A stretch of 64,000 nucleotides of DNA from Candidatus Levyibacteriota bacterium. GTDB lineage: Bacteria; Patescibacteriota; Microgenomatia; Levybacterales; GWA1-39-11. Numbering within the stretch: position 1 is the stretch's first letter; the number at the start of each line of letters is the position of its first letter. The notes beneath the pieces were generated by a model, which was given only the letters and a program-made list of their open reading frames with translations, was not told where the DNA came from and ran no database searches. The position numbers were made by a program, and so were the translations under genes. This document shows, one piece after another, positions 61,332-64,000 of the stretch. The stretch spans positions 130,394 through 194,393 of the forward strand of contig DAIQMY010000002.1 of the NCBI GenBank assembly GCA_036788695.1. Reading direction: 5' to 3'.

Positions 61332-61970
61332 GTGGAGTACACTCGCCGCATGGTTGAAAAAATTGGAAAGGTTTCTGGAAGTTTAGCAGACACTGCAAAT
61401 GAAACACTTATGCCTGATTTGCTTTTTGTTGATGAAGATTTGAGTGTTCTAGATAAACAAGCTAGATTTCTTGAGGGTTCCGGTATCTCTCATGCTTTAG
61501 GACTTGCAGCGGAAGTGATCCCTGGAGCAAGTTTTTACTATACAGATTTTGCAGGTATGCATCCTGGTGGTCCAAGACCCGGATTTGTTTTGCTAGGAAG
61601 AGAATTTGAGAGAAGATCTTCTAAAGTTATGCGTAAACCTGGAAGGGACAAATTTGGTTGGGAATATTCAAATGTTCGAATGGAGGGGACGGAAACAGCT
61701 TATGTTGGAATTGTAGTCACGCCTGACACAAAGTCTGGCTCACTAGAGCTTAGCTCCTTTGAAAGCACGACTAATTTTGTACTTGATGGTGAAGATAATA
61801 GAGAGAATAGTTGGCGAGGGACTAAATACTCAGAGTCTACTTATTTAGCTCCTAAAGATCCAGAAGAAATGATAAAAACTCTCTTTACGGTTATTGAAGA
61901 AGCGAATTTAGTTCCTTCTGATGATAGGCAAAAAGTAATACAAGCACTTTCCGAAAGGTCACCTGTTTAG
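61332..61970 (+). CDS. hypothetical protein
   Basis: A 212-aa ORF. No motif recognised. Confidence 0.45.
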   Translation: MEYTRRMVEKIGKVSGSLADTANETLMPDLLFVDEDLSVLDKQARFLEGSGISHALGLAAEVIPGASFYYTDFAGMHPGGPRPGFVLLGREFERRSSKVMRKPGRDKFGWEYSNVRMEGTETAYVGIVVTPDTKSGSLELSSFESTTNFVLDGEDNRENSWRGTKYSESTYLAPKDPEEMIKTLFTVIEEANLVPSDDRQKVIQALSERSPV

Positions 61971-62080
61971 TAGAGAACCCGAGGAAACATTTTAGATGTT
62001 TGAGCGCTTGGAAAACGATTTTTTGAATCAAAAAACTTGTTTGCTTCAACCATTGCGAGAATTATACACTAATTGCTTTT

Positions 62081-62806
62081 TTACTTTTTATAATTCTTTT
62101 TCTCGTTAAAAATGTCAGATTCCAATTCTTGAACAAACTCTCCTAGCCGCCCATTCTTATTTGTATGCCTGATAAACATAAGTCCTAGTACGGATCCAAA
62201 GATTCCTCCCAAAAAGTCATCAATAAGGTCCGTCATAGTGTCTGCATTTGCTGATTGTTGCGCATTGCCTTGAAAATGATGCCAGTTTTTAACAAATGGG
62301 TATATAAATGTGTCTGATGAGTATTCAAATATTTCCCATAATGCGCCCACGCCAAGGGACAGTAAAGATACAATAATTACTATTGAAAGTCCTGACGCTT
62401 TTAATCTGTTAGTTGCGTACATTGTGTAGGCAATAAGAAATCCGATTGTTCCTACAAAAAGCGGCAGCATGAAATGAACAAGTTTGTCATAGTAGGGAAT
62501 TTTATTATATAAATCATGTACTCCGCCTAGAACATACTGCAGTAAAACCATTAAGAAAAGAAAAATCTCTATTTCTATAGGAATTTGTTTTATCTTATTT
62601 CTGGTAAAAAATTTAGGAAATACGATCAAGCCAAAACACACAAGTATAAGTAGTCCGTTTGTGGTGTCACCAAGAAATGTTTGATATACGCCTGAAACTC
62701 CAATAAATATTTCAAGTGCTATTGAAATTTTCTTTTCCCAATTTGGGACTTTTTTCTCAAGTATCCTCACATCTATTAGTTTTTCAAAAATAGCAGTTGC
62801 TGTCAA
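62081..62806 (-). CDS. polytopic membrane protein (DUF2238/YjdF-like?)
   Basis: Six or seven TM helices, with a YYDKLVHF motif reminiscent of DUF2238. Confidence 0.5.
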   Translation of the reverse strand: MTATAIFEKLIDVRILEKKVPNWEKKISIALEIFIGVSGVYQTFLGDTTNGLLILVCFGLIVFPKFFTRNKIKQIPIEIEIFLFLMVLLQYVLGGVHDLYNKIPYYDKLVHFMLPLFVGTIGFLIAYTMYATNRLKASGLSIVIIVSLLSLGVGALWEIFEYSSDTFIYPFVKNWHHFQGNAQQSANADTMTDLIDDFLGGIFGSVLGLMFIRHTNKNGRLGEFVQELESDIFNEKKNYKK

Positions 62807-62886
62807 GGATATGCTAATGGTGAAGTTAAATTACCTCTTGTGCGTGGTACATATTTTTCATACCATACACTCGTAAACAGGTACAT

Positions 62887-64000
62887 ATGAAAAATTTTGT
62901 ATTAATACTTTTTCTATTTTTGACAAGAATTATATTTATCGCTCCTTACGCGTTGTTTTTTGATGGTCCTGAATATGAACGGTTAATAATGCATGATAAT
63001 TTGCTATTAGCACTGACACTAGGACATGAGCCCATACATCCAGGATTTATTCTTCCCTCATGGGTCGTATTTAAGGGCGTAGGGTTGTTTTTTACTCTGT
63101 CCCCCGTAGTTGCGGGAGAAATAGTTGCGGTAGCAGCGTCAGTTATTTCTCTTTTTGTATTTTATAAAATAGTAGGACTTTATTTTAGTGAAAAAATTGC
63201 TTTGCGAGCCGTGGTAATTGCTTCTTTGCTTCCCGTTCTTTTTCTTTCTAGCGTAAATTTACTTAATGATACAACCTATATTTGCTTTTACCTTTTGTCA
63301 TTTTACTTTATATCACGTTTTATTTTTAACAATAAAAAATATAACTATTTTTGGGGTATTGTTTGCCTTTCTTACTCAGTTTTTTCGCACACTCAGGTTC
63401 TTTTATGGTTACCACTTTTTCTTTCGCCAACTCTTTTTGTTCAAAGGTCAAAAAGGGTAGGAGTTTTTAAAAAAATTATATTGTTTTTATTTTGTGGAGT
63501 TGGAATAGGTGTAGCCGTACTTGTTTCATTGCTAACTTTTACAGGAAGTAACTTTTTATACAGTACTCAGCTACTGTTTATGCACGGAGGGGACATTATG
63601 GTGTCTTCAGATATGATGCAGACAGGCGGAAGGTTTGCCCGCAACCTGGTAATAATTCTTCTGCGGAACAACTCATCAATGGTAGTTTTATACGCTGTTA
63701 TAGGATCAATGTATTTATTTAAGCATGACAAAAAAAAGTTTGCGTTTTGTTTGATCTGGATTCTTCCGGTGCTTATTGCTTCACAGTATTGGCATATAGG
63801 ATTGTTTGGAAGAGTTGGTCTCATCGCAAGTTTTCCGCTCGCAATACTTTCAGCACAGATAAAAAGTAGGACAGCATTTATTTTCCTAGTACTTAGTCTT
63901 TTGGTTTTTACAGTCCCATTAGCTGCTGAGAACCGTGAATCTCCCCTGCATAAAAGCGCAAGGAGACTATACGCTGAAATTCCCTATAACTCTGTTCTGA
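62887..64000 (+). CDS. GT-C-type membrane glycosyltransferase-like protein (GT39/ArnT-like), 3' partial
   Basis: ATG at 62887 opens a frame that runs uninterrupted to the window end. The product is a multi-TM protein with the early periplasmic-loop organisation of the PMT/ArnT family. Confidence 0.5.
   Translation, partial: MKNFVLILFLFLTRIIFIAPYALFFDGPEYERLIMHDNLLLALTLGHEPIHPGFILPSWVVFKGVGLFFTLSPVVAGEIVAVAASVISLFVFYKIVGLYFSEKIALRAVVIASLLPVLFLSSVNLLNDTTYICFYLLSFYFISRFIFNNKKYNYFWGIVCLSYSVFSHTQVLLWLPLFLSPTLFVQRSKRVGVFKKIILFLFCGVGIGVAVLVSLLTFTGSNFLYSTQLLFMHGGDIMVSSDMMQTGGRFARNLVIILLRNNSSMVVLYAVIGSMYLFKHDKKKFAFCLIWILPVLIASQYWHIGLFGRVGLIASFPLAILSAQIKSRTAFIFLVLSLLVFTVPLAAENRESPLHKSARRLYAEIPYNSVL

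Overview
The window is a low-GC (~37%), gene-dense bacterial chromosomal segment. Its small, tightly overlapping housekeeping genes, type-2 (eukaryote-like) IleRS, abbreviated ATP-synthase delta subunit and lipid II amidation genes suggest a reduced-genome Candidate Phyla Radiation (Patescibacteria-like) organism; this is inference, not a database result.

Main content:
- A housekeeping block: FKBP, DEAD-box helicase, Maf, ileS, a SEDS (FtsW/RodA) protein, rplU, rpmA, parB and lepB.
- A 1544-aa orphan giant protein with an N-terminal M48-type HExxH/ExxAD metalloprotease module and a C-terminal UbiB/ABC1-like kinase module.
- A ~17-kb cell-envelope glycan biosynthesis locus (16.7-33.7 kb) with GT2/GT4/GT-C glycosyltransferases, a flippase, an O-antigen-ligase-like protein, methyltransferases and a deoxysugar module (membrane SDR, WecB, Zn-ribbon C-methyltransferase, FdtA-like ketoisomerase).
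- A complete F1Fo ATP synthase operon (atpBEFHAGDC) on the minus strand.
- A tightly coupled dnaE-GGDEF-gatB-gatA-gatC-gatD-murT block.
- htpX-lemA, a PolX polymerase, a LysM protein, pyrG, rplS and yraN.
- Four canonical tRNAs (Asp-GTC, Gly-CCC, Lys-TTT, Glu-TTC) plus one aberrant tRNA-like element with a D-loop insertion.
- A small cluster of hypothetical/DUF genes next to tRNA-Lys and tRNA-Glu.

No CRISPR array, rRNA, transposase or integrase was seen. The most unusual items are the giant protease-kinase fusion protein, the aberrant tRNA-like element, the diguanylate cyclase embedded in the dnaE-gatCAB operon, and the predicted unusual-sugar pathway.
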